In this document: piece by piece, positions 49,051 to 62,845 of the stretch
Layout: every line of letters starts with the position of its first letter
Position numbering within the stretch: the first letter of the stretch is position 1
Assembly (NCBI GenBank): GCA_038087875.1
Contig: CM075988.1
Coordinates: 8,434,001-8,498,000 of the forward strand
From: Malacoraja senta
Taxonomy: Eukaryota
Reading direction: 5' to 3'
Length of the DNA stretch: 64,000 nt
The notes under the pieces: model-generated
Databases searched by the model: none
Told to the model about the DNA's origin: nothing
Seen by the model: the letters and a program-made list of their open reading frames with translations, nothing else
Program-made: the position numbers and the translations under genes

Positions 49051-50098
49051 ATACTAACACTATCCTACACACTAGGGACAATTTTACAACTTGCCAAAGG
49101 CAATTAACCTACAAACATGTACGTCTTTGGAATGTGGGAGGAAACCTGAGCACCCGGAGAAAGCCCACGTGGTTATGGGACGAATGTACAAACTCCATAC
49201 AGGCAGCACACATTGTCAGGATTGAACCCGGGTCTCTGGCAGCAACTCTACCGCTGCGCCACTGTCATACAGCACAGAAACAGGTCCTTTGGCCCAACTC
49301 CCTCATGCCGTCCCATCCAAGCTTTTTCCATGTGCCTGCGTTTGGCTGATAACTCTTTAAACCTTTCCACTAAAATTCTAACATTTTCTCAGCGCTGCCG
49401 AAAAGTGTCTGCCTTGAAATGCTAATTCTGTTTTTCTCTCCCCGGAAACTGGCTGACCTGCTGAGATTTCCTCTTTTTATTGCAGATTTCTAGCTCCTGG
49501 GCTATTAATCCCTTCCCCTCTGTCAGCGGTGCTTCAAAGCTTTGCAGCTCCACTCTGCAGGCAGGTCAAGGATATCGCAGTGTGCCCCTGATTGAAATGC
49601 AGGAGCTAATGCGACCTCAAGGAAGAAGAAATCCAAAGATTTATGCACAGGCCTGTTCAGAAAAGAATATCCGGATTAAGGAACTGAGGCAGGTAGCATG
49701 AGCCAGGATAGAGCTCAGCCCTGATCTAACTGAATGATAGAACACACAATGAGGGTGCTCCTGAGCAGAATGACAATAACCTCATGATTACTGTAACTGC
49801 TTGCCTTCACCCATGCCAAACATAGCCCAGATGCCATTACAACTTTTGCATCCAGTGGCATCTGTCACTCTGTTTTCCACACACGTAAATTAATTTCAGC
49901 AGCTAAAGCATACACTTCTACCCTGCTCACTCACAATTACAAGTTTGACAGGTTCACACATTCCGGGAACGTGCTTCAATACCGATTATGCTGTATCTGT
50001 ATAAAAATAATTACCTTCCGATGTAAACAGGTTATGCGTACTTGATCACGGTTGGAGTCCCTCGAAACCGGAATTCCAACTTTGACTGGGTCACACAA

Positions 50099-50385
50099 GG
50101 GAGGTACGGTGGTGCAGCAGTAGAGCTGTCTTACAGCGCCAGAGACCCGGGTTCGATTTTAACTACGGGTGCTTGTCGGTACGGAGTTTGTACCTTCTCC
50201 CCGTGACCAGCGTGGGTTTTCTCGGAGATTTTTTGGTTTCCTCCCACGCTCCAAATACGTACAGGTTTCTTGGTTAATTGGCTTGGTATCCATGTAAAAA
50301 ACTGTCTCGCTGGTCGGTCGGTCGGACTGGGTGGGCTGAAGAGCCTGTTTCTGCGCTGTATCTCTAAACTAAACTAAACCTAAAT
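50099..50385 (+). mobile_element. HE1/V-SINE-type SINE
   Basis: Family consensus, (TAAAC)n tail. Confidence 0.85.
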
Positions 50386-50659
50386 AAGGTTCGAGGAGAG
50401 AAATTTAAAAAAAAACAGCCTGAAAATCTCAATGAGCAAGATTGTTAGAACACTTGCTGTGGTCCGGATCATAGCATTAGTCTGGGAATGCTGGCAATCT
50501 CTTGCAATGATCCAGTCCTCCATGCTGAATCAACCAATTCTGTTGCAATTGTTATTCTTAAGAAGGCTTGGTCAAGCTGTAGAACTGAACAAGAAGATCA
50601 ATCATCTGTTTATTTCTGCAGAATATGAAGATTAAAGGCTGACCCAGTGAAGGATAGTG

Positions 50660-50980
50660 TAAAACACAAAGTGCTGGAGTAACACAGCGGGACAGGCAGC
50701 ATTTCTGGAGGACATTTATAGGTGACCCTTCGGGTTGGAACCCTTCTTCAGACTGAGTATAGTACGCGTGGGGGGGGGGGGGGTTGAGGAAAAAGCTGGA
50801 TATGCGGTGAGGACGGGACAAAGCCTGGCAAGTGAAAGGTGGGTACAGATGAGGGGTGTCAGAAGTAACTGCAGATGTTGGTTTAAACCGAAGAGACACA
50901 AAAAGCTGGAGTAACTCAGCGGGACTGGCAGCATCTCTAGAGAGAATGGGTGACGTTTTGGGTCGAGACCCTTCTTCAGC
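50660..50980 (-). mobile_element. Two tandem PLE pLTR units
   Basis: Two copies of GCTGGAGTAAC..CAGCGGGAC.GGCAGCAT...CCCTTCTTCAG. Confidence 0.75.
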
Positions 50981-53900
50981 AGATGGGGTGGACAAGGGAT
51001 TTGCAAGTTGTTCCCAAGTGTATGTCATTATTTACAGGGAATCTTTGAGAGTCTGCCTTTGTACTGTTGGGGGTTTGTGAGTGTGCCTGTATTTGTAAGT
51101 TATCTGTGAGAATGTCCCAGTGTAAGGAATGCCTCTGAATGTCAGCATTTACAGGGCAAGTCTCAGTATCTATAGGGAGTCCCTGAGAGCACTGTAGTAT
51201 TTGTACGTGGTGTCTGTGTGTCTGGACAAAGGCTAGAGATGAAAAGAAGACAAAAGTGTGTTATGCAAGGCAAGGCATGTCTTCCAGAGATTGTCCCTAG
51301 TGTGTAGGATACGAAACTGGGATAACATAGAACTAGTGTACGGGTGATCATTGGCCAGTGTGGCTTTGGTGGGCTGAAGGGCCTGTTTCCACGCTGCATC
51401 TCTTCCAGAGATGTTGTCTGACCCACTGAGTTACTCCAGAAATTTGTGTTTTACTAGAGATTCCACCATCTGCAGTTCCTCCTGAATCCATTTTGCTGAA
51501 GGATGCTGGGAGTTAATGGATATAACCAGCTGCTCATGCCAACCCTCTCAGAACAAGTCTTACCAACCTACATAGGGGAACTGAACGTGGCTGTAGCTAG
51601 TGCATCAGGTGAAGATGAGCATGAAGCGGTGAATAGCACACCACAGAGAGAGGCCCTTCGACCCACACTGTCTGTACCCAATATCATGCCAAGACCAACT
51701 CATACAATCAAACCTTTGGGCGACTAAGCGGCGCAGTGGTGAGATGTTGCCTTACAGCACCAGAGACCCAGGGCGCTGACTGTATGGAGTTTGCACGTTC
51801 TCCCTGTGACCGCGTGGATGGAGCTACATTGTAACTCTAAAGGGAACTAACTGTCTATTTTATGGAAACCTATTGTCTCCCTCAAAGCTCCCCCTTCCAG
51901 TCTAGCATCAAAGTACATTTTGCTCCTTGCGCCACATTAATATCAGGCTAATGCAAGGTTGCCATGGAGATATGAATGCCAAATCCGTTGATTATTAGTG
52001 AACTCCCACCTCTGGAAATTAATTTTCCTTTTAATAGGCATGTTTAACTGGGCAGATTCAGCTAACATCAAATGAGGAGCTAAATGGCAAATATATTATT
52101 TAAGCAGAATTATTTCAAATAAACATATTTCAATCCTATTTTAATGAGCTGCCGACTGGAGCTGAGGTGTACACACAGTACGTGTCCTGCCACCGGAAAC
52201 CAATGATCTCCTCTGCAGACCCATCTTGTGGAGATCCTACTGCGATTAAGCACCACCCATGGGATGCAAGTACTGTCTGAGCTTTCCATTAGGACGTTTT
52301 CCCCACTGTACATCTCAATTTAGAGCTGGCATGACTCAATGTAATCTTCCCCCTTAATAGCTTTTAAAAGATCTGTTTCGATGTTCTTGTCAGGTCAGAC
52401 CTGCTGATATTTAGAACGATGATATTCTTCAACTGCTCTTCTCACGGTTCCTCTCCTCTCCATCCCCTCCCCAACCACCGCCAAGAACAAAGGGGAACCT
52501 CGCCGGGGGGGGGGGGGGGGGGACTGCCAAGATTGAAGGGGGACAGACACAAAAAGCTGGAGTAACTCTGCGGGACAGGCAGCATCTCTGGAGAGGAGGA
52601 ATGGATGACGTTTCGGCTCGAGGCCCATCTTCAGACTAGTTAAGGATAAGGGAAGCGAGAGATATAGACGATGATGTGGAGAGATAAAGAACAATGAATG
52701 AAAGATATGGCCAGAGGGGGAGCAGCGAGAGAGGGTGGTGCAGAACTCTCGTCGGAGAGAGGAGGAGAACTTCTTCGAAGTAGACATATCTTGAGGAGAT
52801 TTTGCAGTGGAGCAGACGAAATGTGTAGGAAGGAACTGCAGCAAGGGGGACCTGGTGTGAAGGGCCACCTGTAGCTACGTGCAACCTCTGACATGGTTCG
52901 TCACTACGCCAGAAACATGGCGACTCTTTGTGTACTGCCTAGGTGAGGTCTGTTGTATGATTTCACCGGATTGCATGTAAAATAAAGTATTTCACTGAAC
53001 GCAGACACATGCGACAATGAAGTGTCATTAAATCATTGAACCTTCCTTTCAGAGACATGCACCAAGCATTATGGATCAGCTTATTGTCTGTTGGAAAGCC
53101 AATGATTAATCAAAGGCAAGAATCTTTCTCAGTGACTAACTATCAATGAATGAATGAATGATACTTTAACACAAGTGACATGTCACAATGGAATTCTTTG
53201 TTTTGCATGCCATACACAAGTAGGGACAGATTTGCCACGTACAGTTCGCTGGCAAAGTTACAAAGTGTTCAATGCGGTCCCAATGATCCCTCTTCATTCT
53301 TGGCGGAACAAGAACAGAAGCCAATTAACTTACAAACCAACACGTTTTCGGGATGTGGGAGGAAACAGGAGACCCGAATGAAGCCCATGCCCTCTCAGGG
53401 AGATCATGCAAACACCACACAGACCGCACCGGAGGTCACGATCGAACCCAGGTCTTTTGTGCTGTGAGGCAGTTCTACCAGCTACACCACCTATCACTTT
53501 TTCATTTTCACTAGTCCAATTTGGATCCGTACTTAAAACATTTCCATCAATTTTATTTAGATATTTTCAGTCAGCTAGTCTCAAATGTCGATGGGTCTAT
53601 CTTCGTACTGTATGTGTCTCGCAGCCTTTCTGTTTGCTTTTATATCTGTCTGTATCTGCCCTTCTCTTTATTTAGCATTGCTTGGGTTGCTTGTCTTCTC
53701 TCTTTAACTGTTCACGTGTTTGCCTTTGTATCTGTCTCTCTTCGATCTCCCTATAGGGTAAATAGACCAAAGTGTTCCCAGTGGACAGCCCCAAGACAGC
53801 TCAGGTCAAGGAGTCGTCACTGCGGTATTGTGGCCTTATCTACGGCCTGCACGCCATTGAAATGTGCCTGCCTGCTGGGAGCACAGAATCTGTGGCTTTA

Positions 53901-55196
53901 CTTTCATATCTCCCACTTCTTCTGTCTCAGTCCCTCCTATTCTCTGTTCCTGTCGGTATCTCACTCCCTTTGCGCTTCCTACATTTCCTCTTCTACCTTT
54001 TGTATTCTCTGCGGAGATGACTGTCAGTTCCAATTGCTCTGATAATTGCAAACAGAGGACAAAATGCCCCCTTTCCTCCAACAGAGGGAAGTCCATAGAC
54101 CCAGCGCTATCTGCCACAAAATTAGTACTCAAATGAGCACACAGGACTGTTTCCCCACACAAATAAAATCATGGTTTAAAATCACTGCCTCTCAACCCGA
54201 TTGTATTTTTTGTCTCTCCGACTCCAGTCACCTTATTCATCCTTGCTAGTTAAAACATGAAACAGGGCTGCCTCCTCATTAGAATACTGTGCGTGTGGTG
54301 TTTTGTGAGGGATGGCAGGGGTTCGAGAGGGGGGGGGGGGTAGGGGGAAGAGGGAGGTGGGTGAAAACAGAAGTAAAGGGGATGGTGGCTCAACCTCCCC
54401 AGCAGGGCTCGCTGGTATTGGCTGCTTCCCGCAAACTGCCCGCCGGTGGGAAGCTAATTGTTTCCACGGCGACAGAAGCGACCCCAAATGCTCGCAGGTG
54501 GGATAACACAGAATAAATAATATCCACTCTTTACACCATGTAATTAGCACCTTAACAATGCCACCAGTTAATGCTCTTTCTTGGAAGGTTCGAGCCAGCA
54601 CAGTCATTGTCAACAGTGACTGGAGCTCATGTGGGCTGCATAGAGACAGGGAATATTCCTCCCTGGACAAGTGTTAATGGTGCTGTCACATCTCATTAAG
54701 AAAATGATCCATTTTCTTTGAAACATTACCTAATTATCAGGAATATTTACCTAATGCATTCAGGTGTGGATGTTTTTCAGGCCTGTGTTTAGTCAGGTCA
54801 GTTATTCCCCTTCCCCCCCCCCCCCCCCCCCAACCTTTTTCTCTTCATTCTATCATAACCCCGTCATTGCTGTAAGGAGACTTGTGCTTGTGCTAAATAA
54901 AAGTTGAGTCCAATTGCTCTTCCTCTACTCACTGTAGGATTGATAATCCCTCCATAAGGGTAGCTGATCCATTTCTACCATAGGGCTTTCACAGCATACA
55001 TTATTGATATCAATAAACGAAAGGGTCAAGGCTAATGCAGGAGCACTTGTCAGAATTCTGCAGCACAGGACAGAGGCCAATCTGCCCATTATATCTGTTC
55101 TAACTCCTAGCTTTCCAATTAACTCTTCTGTCCTTCTCTTTCCCTGTGTAAGATGGTCTTGCAACATTTCGATTCTTCAAGCAATTCTTGAATCTC

Positions 55197-55410
55197 GACA
55201 CAAACTGCTGGAGTAACTCAGCGGGACAGACAGCATCTCTGGAGAGAATGAATGGGTGACGTTTTGGGTTGAGACCCTTCTTCTGAAGAAGGATCTCGAC
55301 CCGAAACATCACCCATTTATTCTATCCAGTGACGCTGCCTAACCCACTGAGTTACTCCAGCAGTTTGTGTCTATCTTCAGTGTAAACCAGCAACTACAGT
55401 TCCTCCCTAT
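55197..55410. mobile_element. PLE pLTR inverted pair
   Basis: Inverted arms meet at CCCTTCTTCTGAAGAAGG. Confidence 0.8.
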
Positions 55411-57736
55411 ACATTCCATTCTCTTTTGTGGGTCGATGGCTGGATGAGCTCTCTTTCCATCCCTGTTAGACACTTCTACACAATGCCAGCTGAATAAAAT
55501 TGCCTACAGGTGCAAAAACATATCAAGAGGTGCCACCATGTTACAAGCTATGGAAGGGATGGTGTATGGCTGATTTACCAAAAGGAGATATTGAATAGTC
55601 TCTGTTCTAGGAGTAAGTGGTCAGCGCTGTATATATCAGTAAAATCACTTGATCACAAAATGCTGGAGTAACTCAGCAGGACAGGCAGCGTCTCTGGAGA
55701 GAAGGAATGGGTGACATTTTGGGTCAATTCCCATCCTCAGGGTCACCCGTTCCTTCTCTCCAGAGATGTTGCCTGTCCTGCTGAGTTACTCCAGCATTTT
55801 GTGTCTATCTTTGGTGTAAACCAGCATCTGCAGTTCCGTCCTACAGATCACGTGATCATCTATTTACATGTTGCAGCTCAGGTTTGCTCATTGTAACTCA
55901 TTCATAGAATCATTACAAAATAAAATGAGCTCAATCACCCCCACTTCTCCCTCCATTGGCCCAACAATTATATACCATTAAGCACTTGCACTTTAAAACT
56001 ATCTCCAGATCATTACCACTTCTGCATAAACATTTCGATATCTTTTGGTCACTACATTGCTTTGAAGACTTGCATTGTTTAAGTTAATGTGCTGTGATTA
56101 GAATTCCATCAGGAGGAAACTCTGACCAATACTCCTGGAGAACTCATCACAATGTCTATGTCACAGTAGCATCTAGCACCATTTTGCCTCCTTTTCATCT
56201 CTCGCCTGTGTCACTTACTCCACACAACTGTCAAGTAAAGCCCCCGTCACTTGTATCCACCTATCATTTGTCAGGCTTTGTCCTGCATTCCCCACCACTT
56301 ATTTATAGCTTTCTCCCCCACTGCAATCAGTCGGAAGCATCGCCTGTTTATTCCCGCCACAGATGCTGCCTGACCCATTGAGTTCCTCCAACACATTGTG
56401 TTTTACCAATAATCTATTTGTGCGCACTTTCTCACCCCGACTCAACATCACCCTGCAACAATTCTGCTACATCTGTTTTACAATCCATTATGTTTCTCTT
56501 TTCCAGTGTTTAGGATGTCACTGCCCTGAATGCCACAGTACTAAGTACTTTTCTAAAAGTCTCAGCTATTTTCTCTCCAACTCTCCCTCTCAGCAGCGCC
56601 TGAAAACCTAATTAGCTCCACTTTGAGTCGCAGCTAAAGTAATGACAGAAATGCAGCAACAATCAATACCTTAAACATTGGTCCACCACCTACAGTGCTT
56701 CCCATGCTGGGAAAAGAATGGGGTGGACCTTTGCGCACAAAGGTTAGTGATCCCTGCAAGATTCCAAAGAGGAATAGACAGGGATTGTGCCGGCACAGTG
56801 ATTTCTGATCAATGTTCCTGAAATGTGACACTGATGGGCAAAGCTCAACAGTGGGAACCCAAATCCATAAATGTTACCCTGATGAGCTCAAGCCTTGCTA
56901 AACCTTTACTGTCCCCCTCAGCACACCCACCAATGTACACTAAATATTTTTTATTTCCATTATTCAACCATTGGCAATCATGTTTTCAGCTCCATCAACT
57001 CTGAAATTCCCTCCATGAATATGCCTCTGCATCTCTTAAGGTGCTCCTGAAAACTGGATCTTTTCAATAAACTTTTGATATGGCCTTACTGTATATGTTT
57101 AATTTTGAATGGTGGAGCTTCTATGGAATGGTCTGTAACATTACTGCTATGTTATCAATGCAGGCACTTGGATTGGACCTTCAATTCTCCAAGACATCAG
57201 GCAGCTAGCTCATAATTGATAAGGACTTACAAACACCATTCTGGTGAATGACCACAAGGCCTGAACTATAAAAGTTGGCCTCTGCTCTTAATCCACAAAC
57301 CCTTTACATTATTCAAAAAATGGTAGACATATTCAAAACACAAGCCAACAGTCAGCCTGGACTAGGGTTAGGTTTTGGTTCTTTCCATGTGTTGGCTTGC
57401 TTTTCCATGTGTATTTGACGAGTAGACTCCAAATTCTTAGAGCCATACCAAAAGTCAAGGGGGGGTCCCATGTGTGGTGGTATATTAAAACAAGACACAC
57501 AAAGTGATGGAATAACTCAGCAGGCCAGGCAGCTTCTCTGGAGAACAGGAATAGGTGACATTTCAGGTCGGGACCCAAACTATCATCATCCAGGTTCTCC
57601 AGAGATGCTGCCTGACCCACTGCTACTCCAGCATTTTGTGTCTTTATGTGTAAACAACCATCTGTTGGTCCTTGTTGCTGCTTTTATAATATAATTGTTC
57701 AAAGACGCTTTGAGATCACCTTTGAATTGGTTACTC

Positions 57737-57936
57737 NNNNNNNNNNNNNNNNNNNNNNNNNNNNNNNNNNNNNNNNNNNNNNNNNNNNNNNNNNNNNNNN
57801 NNNNNNNNNNNNNNNNNNNNNNNNNNNNNNNNNNNNNNNNNNNNNNNNNNNNNNNNNNNNNNNNNNNNNNNNNNNNNNNNNNNNNNNNNNNNNNNNNNNN
57901 NNNNNNNNNNNNNNNNNNNNNNNNNNNNNNNNNNNN
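57737..57936. other. Assembly gap (200 N)
   Basis: Run of N; true distance across the gap is unknown. Confidence 0.99.
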
Positions 57937-58398
57937 AACACTCACAAAAAGTCTGCGATGCTCCCAAATGCATTGCCATTTCCAGTTTGCTCCTGATGAC
58001 AATGCAGTAATGTATTAATCTTCCGTTGACTGACAGAACTACACATCGCAGCGGCAGGAGGCACTTTGTCGAAACATATGCATATAATTTTAATATTTAT
58101 CTTTGGATTGTTTGCTGCATAATCACCCAGAAACAGTTTATGTTAATGCTTCTGTCAGACCACAAGTGTCTTGTCAATCTTAATGTACTCATTATAAAAT
58201 CTTCAGTAGAGCACAGAACATATTCACAAAGGGTTGAGCACTGTAAAATATCGATCTGACAATTATTCATTCCATCTCAACTGCAATTTCACTTCTGCAT
58301 TTGATCCATCTGTTTCCTTTTTTCTCTCCGAGCATTGAATGCCTCTTTAATCTCCCTCCCCCATCCCTGTCCGCCATCACCAATTTTCCAATCCAAAG

Positions 58399-58485
58399 TT
58401 AGACACAAAAAGCTGGAGTAACTCAGCGGGTCAGACAGCATATCTGGAGAAAATGAATAGGTGATGTTTCGGGTCGGGACCCTTC
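58399..58485 (-). mobile_element. Short PLE pLTR unit
   Basis: 13-bp TSD TTCCAATCCAAAG (58386-58398 / 58486-58498). Confidence 0.82.
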
Positions 58486-58547
58486 TTCCAATCCAAAGGC
58501 CCACTTTTGACTGGATGTACTTTCTCTGGGTAATGCTATGGGCATAA

Positions 58548-58830
58548 TACACTACAGCACAAGAATAGGCACCTTTGGCCCACAATGCCTGTGCCAAACA
58601 TGATGCTAGGACCATCTCTTATCTCTTATCCACATGCACGTAATCCATATCCCTCCATTCCATGCAATATCCAAATGCCTACCAAAAGACCCTCTAAAAC
58701 CACTATCGTATCTGTGTCAACCATCAACCCTGGCAGTGCGTTCCAGGGACTCAGCACCCTCTGTTTAAAAAAAGTTGCCTTGCATATCTCCTTTAATCCT
58801 TGCCCCCCCCCCCCCACCTTAAAGCTATGA
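58548..58830 (-). mobile_element. CR1 LINE 3' end
   Basis: Minus-strand peptide FFKQRVLSPWNALPG; CR1-like tail. Confidence 0.75.
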
Positions 58831-60067
58831 AGGTGCGTTAAAGTTAATGCAGAGATTAACTTGGCACTCCATTCAGAATTAACTTGTCAGATTATAATAA
58901 TGCAAGGAGTATCTTGTTGGCAAGTGAGAAATTTGTAGTAGTGTCAGACATTTGAAATACGTGCATTGTGAATAACAATAAGGAGATTTGCATATTGGGG
59001 ATGATACAATAAAAGCCAATAGGTTTCACTGCCATCTGCATTTTCTAAAGAGGAAGGATCTCCAGCATTGTTGTCTACCTTGCATTTTCTAAAAGTGAGT
59101 TTGGTCTCACACCAATCTTAGTTCTGTTCAGTTTAGTTTATTGTCACGTGTACCGAGTTACAGTGAAAAGCTTTTGTTGTGTGCTATCCAGTCAGCAGAA
59201 AGATAACATATGATTATAATCAAGCCATTTACAGTGTTGAGATTTAAAAGAGTGTGAAAAAATTGTAATATGTGATTGTAGATCTGCTTCTGTGGCTAGC
59301 ACTCAAATAGTCTCCTGGCTTGAACATAGTGAGTGAGAGAGGCAGAGAGACCTGCTCAGGCCGCTCGAATAACCAGCGACTGTAGTTGCCATAGAGCAGA
59401 GTGAGGTGAATTGTTCATCAGTGTCCCTTTTAATCTGGAAGGGAACCACCTGCTTCCCAGCTGATGCCTCCGGCCTTCTCCCTCGATCCCAAGCAGCAGC
59501 TTTGTCGGCAGAAAGTTTACCATAATTACATGTTATTGACTTTACCATTCCTGGCACAGAGTGTCGGAGGTCAGGAGCACATATTAGGAACTAAGGCAAT
59601 GACTGAAATAAGGCAATCACCCAGTTTAAGCAGCGCGATTTTCCACCCATTAACGTGAACAATGGAAGATTGTGGGCTCACAAATGGGGCAGGTGGTCGC
59701 AGAATTATGATCGCACGGATAGAAGCTGCTCATTTGACCCATTAGGTCCAGGTCAATATTCCATACACGCCGCCTCCCACCCTCCTCATTTCATCTAATC
59801 AGTTTATCATATTCCTTTCTGCTTCCTCCATCCTCCCTTGAAATGCATCCGTATCATTTACGTTAAGATTCACATTCTAGCTGAAGAGGCCGCTCCCACA
59901 TTCCCTTCCGAGTGTATTAGTGCCTTTTGAACCACTCCTTTCACATAAGTAGAGACATTTTCTTTCTGTCAATACTATTAAATACCTCCATAATTTACAA
60001 GGCTTCTCTGAGGTCAATTCTGAAGAAAGATTATTTACTTTTCCCAAGTGTTTATAATCCCAAAGGA

Positions 60068-60335
60068 GGGCGGCACAGTGGCGCAGCGGTAGAGTTGTTG
60101 CCTCACAGCGCCAGAGACCCTGGTCTAATCCTGACTATGGGTGCTGTCTGTATGGAGTTTATACATTCTCGCTGTGACCGCGTGGGTTTTCCTTGGGTGC
60201 TCTGGTTTCCCCCCACACTCCAAAGACGGACAGGTTTGCAGGTAAAAAGGCTTTGACAGTGCTAGTGTAGGGAGAATCACTGGTCAGCGTGGACTTGGTG
60301 GGCCGAAGGGCTTGTTTCCTCACTGTATCACTAAA
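60068..60335 (+). mobile_element. HE1/V-SINE-type SINE
   Basis: Head GGGCGGCACAGTGGCGCAGCGGTAGAG, family body and tail. Confidence 0.85.
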
Positions 60336-60344
60336 CAAACCTAT

Positions 60345-60582
60345 TGTTTAAGAAGGAACTGCAGATGCTGGTTTACACCCAAGATAGACACAAAATGCCG
60401 GAGTAACTCAGAGGGACAGGCAGCATCTCTGGGAAAAGGGAATAGGTGACATTTCAGGTCGAGACCCTTCATCAGATTGTGACTGGTGTCTGATGAATGG
60501 TCGCGACCTGAAACTTCACCTATTCCTTTTCTCCAGAGATGCTGCCTGATCCGCTGAGTTACTCCAGCATTTTGTGTCTATC
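60345..60582. mobile_element. PLE pLTR inverted pair with two degenerate hammerhead motifs
   Basis: ~100-bp inverted arms around CCTTCATCAGA-spacer-TCTGATGAATGG. Confidence 0.82.
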
Positions 60583-60670
60583 TAAACTAAATGTTTTTGA
60601 ATCTTCTCCAGTTCCCACATTGGTATCTTTTTTATAATTTAAAAAAAACAGAATTGTTCACCATAGTGGG

Positions 60671-60824
60671 GTAGACACACTCAGAGCACGTTGTAGACAC
60701 ACTCAGAGCACGTTGTAGACACACTCAGAGCACGTTGTAGACACACTCAGAGCACGTTGTAGACACACTCAGAGCACGTTGTAGACACACTCAGAGCACG
60801 TTGTAGACACACTCAGAGCACGTT
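60671..60824. repeat. Perfect minisatellite, 7 x 22 bp (GTAGACACACTCAGAGCACGTT)
   Basis: Seven identical head-to-tail units, no spacers. Confidence 0.97.
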
Positions 60825-61496
60825 GCCAGTTCAAACAAAACTGCTCCAAATTCCGATAACATTTTACTCCATCATGTAGCATCCAGCCATGGACAAATGC
60901 AAACTGCAAATGGAATTGGTCTGTCGCAGTGAAGACTTTGAGGTCACGGATTATAGATTTAATTGGAGAATGTATTCACTTTCGATCCCAGTGAATGAAA
61001 GCACAGACAGTAAACATAAGGGACTGCAGATGCTAGTTTAAAAAAAAAATCAGAGTGCTGGAGTAACTCAGCCATTCAGGCAGAAAGTGGGATAGCATAG
61101 AACTCACGTTAACGGGTGGGCTGAAGGGCCTGTTCCCATGCCGTGTCTATTTTTCAATCAATCAAACCACAGCCAGCCTGAAGAAGGTTTCTGACCCAAA
61201 ACGTCGCCCGTCCACATTCTCCAGAGTAAAAGAACGGGTTGGGAATGGAGAAAGCAACACTAAGATGTTATCAGAGTAGATTCAGTTAGTGCATAGACGG
61301 GCTGTAAAAGTCATTCACCTTTGTCACATCTTCAGAAATGAAGTGAAAAGTTTTCAATGCCATTACTTGAACAAGACTACAAGGTAGAAATTCAGCAATA
61401 TCAGGCACACAATGGGACTTGGCTCAGAGTTCATAACTGATCACAGTTCACCCAAAGATATTTTCCTTGATTCTCCAAATGTCTGGAAATGTCTTA

Positions 61497-61650
61497 AGGG
61501 CCAGTCCCACTTGGGCGTCATTTGCGCTTCATGCAGAGATTTTGTACATCCCAAAATCCTGGGGCGCCACGCGCGACACAGCCTACGCCACCACGCACCA
61601 TGCGTGCGTAAATGATGTCGCGCAAATGACGCCCAAGTGGGACAGGCCCT
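61497..61650. mobile_element. PIF/Harbinger-type MITE (154 bp)
   Basis: TIR AGGGCC(A/T)GTCCCACTTGGGCGTCATTTGCGC; flanks TTA/ATA. Confidence 0.85.
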
Positions 61651-61789
61651 ATATTTGCCGACAAGGAACACGAGACACTTAAGGGTCATAAAAGGGGAAC
61701 TGTTAGCGAGCACATTATTCTAAGTTGCAGATCAATGGAGGGGAATGGGACTTTGATTTAGGTCTTAGATATATGATCGGTTATAGCTC

Positions 61790-62135
61790 ACTACTGAACT
61801 GAAAGGTACAGGGTTCATCTTACTCCAGAGACTTGAATAAGAGAGTTTAGCTATGCCCCAGAGAAGTATTTAGGGAGGACTGCACTCTCAGAGATACTGC
61901 TTTTCAGGTGAATTATTACACTGTGCACTCAATCACTCTCTCAGAGCCCAGGGCGCTGTTTGAAAGGGGAGAGTAAACGTGGCTGTTGTCCCAGCAAATA
62001 TTTACCCCCAATTCAACATTACCAAAAAGCAGATGGTATGGTTATTATCCCCGAGATATTGATGGGGCATCGAGTGGACACATTTCCCACACGGAACAGT
62101 GACTACATTTCAAAAGTATTCTTTGACTGTAAATC
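61790..62135 (+). mobile_element. Old DeuSINE (SacSINE1-like)
   Basis: Degenerate match, from memory of the consensus: ACTCCAGAGACTTGA..., CAAATATTTA..CCC..TCAACAT.AC.AAAA.CAGAT, ACAGTGACTACA.TTCAAAAGTA.T. Confidence 0.6.
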
Positions 62136-62845
62136 TCTCTACAGAAAGGAATTCATTAAGGTGAGAAGGAAAAGATTTTAAAAGGATGCGAGGGGTGAAT
62201 TTTTCCACACAAAGGGTGGTGCCTATATGGAATGAGCTGCCAGGGGAAGTGGTACAGACAGGAACAATTACATGAACATTTTAATTTAGAAGGGTCTCGA
62301 CCCGAAACGTCACCTATTCCTTTTCTCCATTGATGCTGTCTGACCCGCTGTTCCTCCAGCTATGTGTCGTTCAAACCAGCATCTGCAGTTCTTTCCTACA
62401 AATTTAAAAACCTGTTGGACATGTGCATGGATGCAAAATGTTTGGAGTGATATATGGGCCAGGCATGGGTAAGTGGGACTACCTCAGTTGGCAACTTGGT
62501 CGGCAGGGATAAATTAAGCCGAAGGGAACTCTATGAATATGAAATGTCTAACATGTCTTTCTTTACATTCTGTTTAGCACTACTGCTGTGAAGCAGTCCT
62601 TCTGTGTCTCACAGGTTACACGTGAGTTGACCAAGCCAGCTGAGCACAGCAGAAAGTTGAGGATGGATTGGTAGATGAAGAATCAAGGAAGAATCAGACA
62701 ACTTTATAGTTTCCGATACAAATGACAGGCAGGCAAAATATTTGTCAGTGTTGCAAATGCGTTTTAAATTGTAAACAAAAACTGCAGTTACTGGAAGTCA
62801 GAAATAAAACACAAATGATGATAAATGCACAAAGTGCTGGAGTAA

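Noticed and set aside
53521..54136. 173-aa and 90-aa ORFs with hydrophobic stretches
   Set aside because: Translation of CT/T-rich low-complexity DNA; no recognisable protein family or convincing splice structure.
57586..58018. ORFs spanning poly-X
   Set aside because: Artefacts of the 200-N assembly gap.
60671..60824. Possible CRISPR array
   Set aside because: Units are contiguous and identical with no spacers, there are no cas genes, and the context is eukaryotic.
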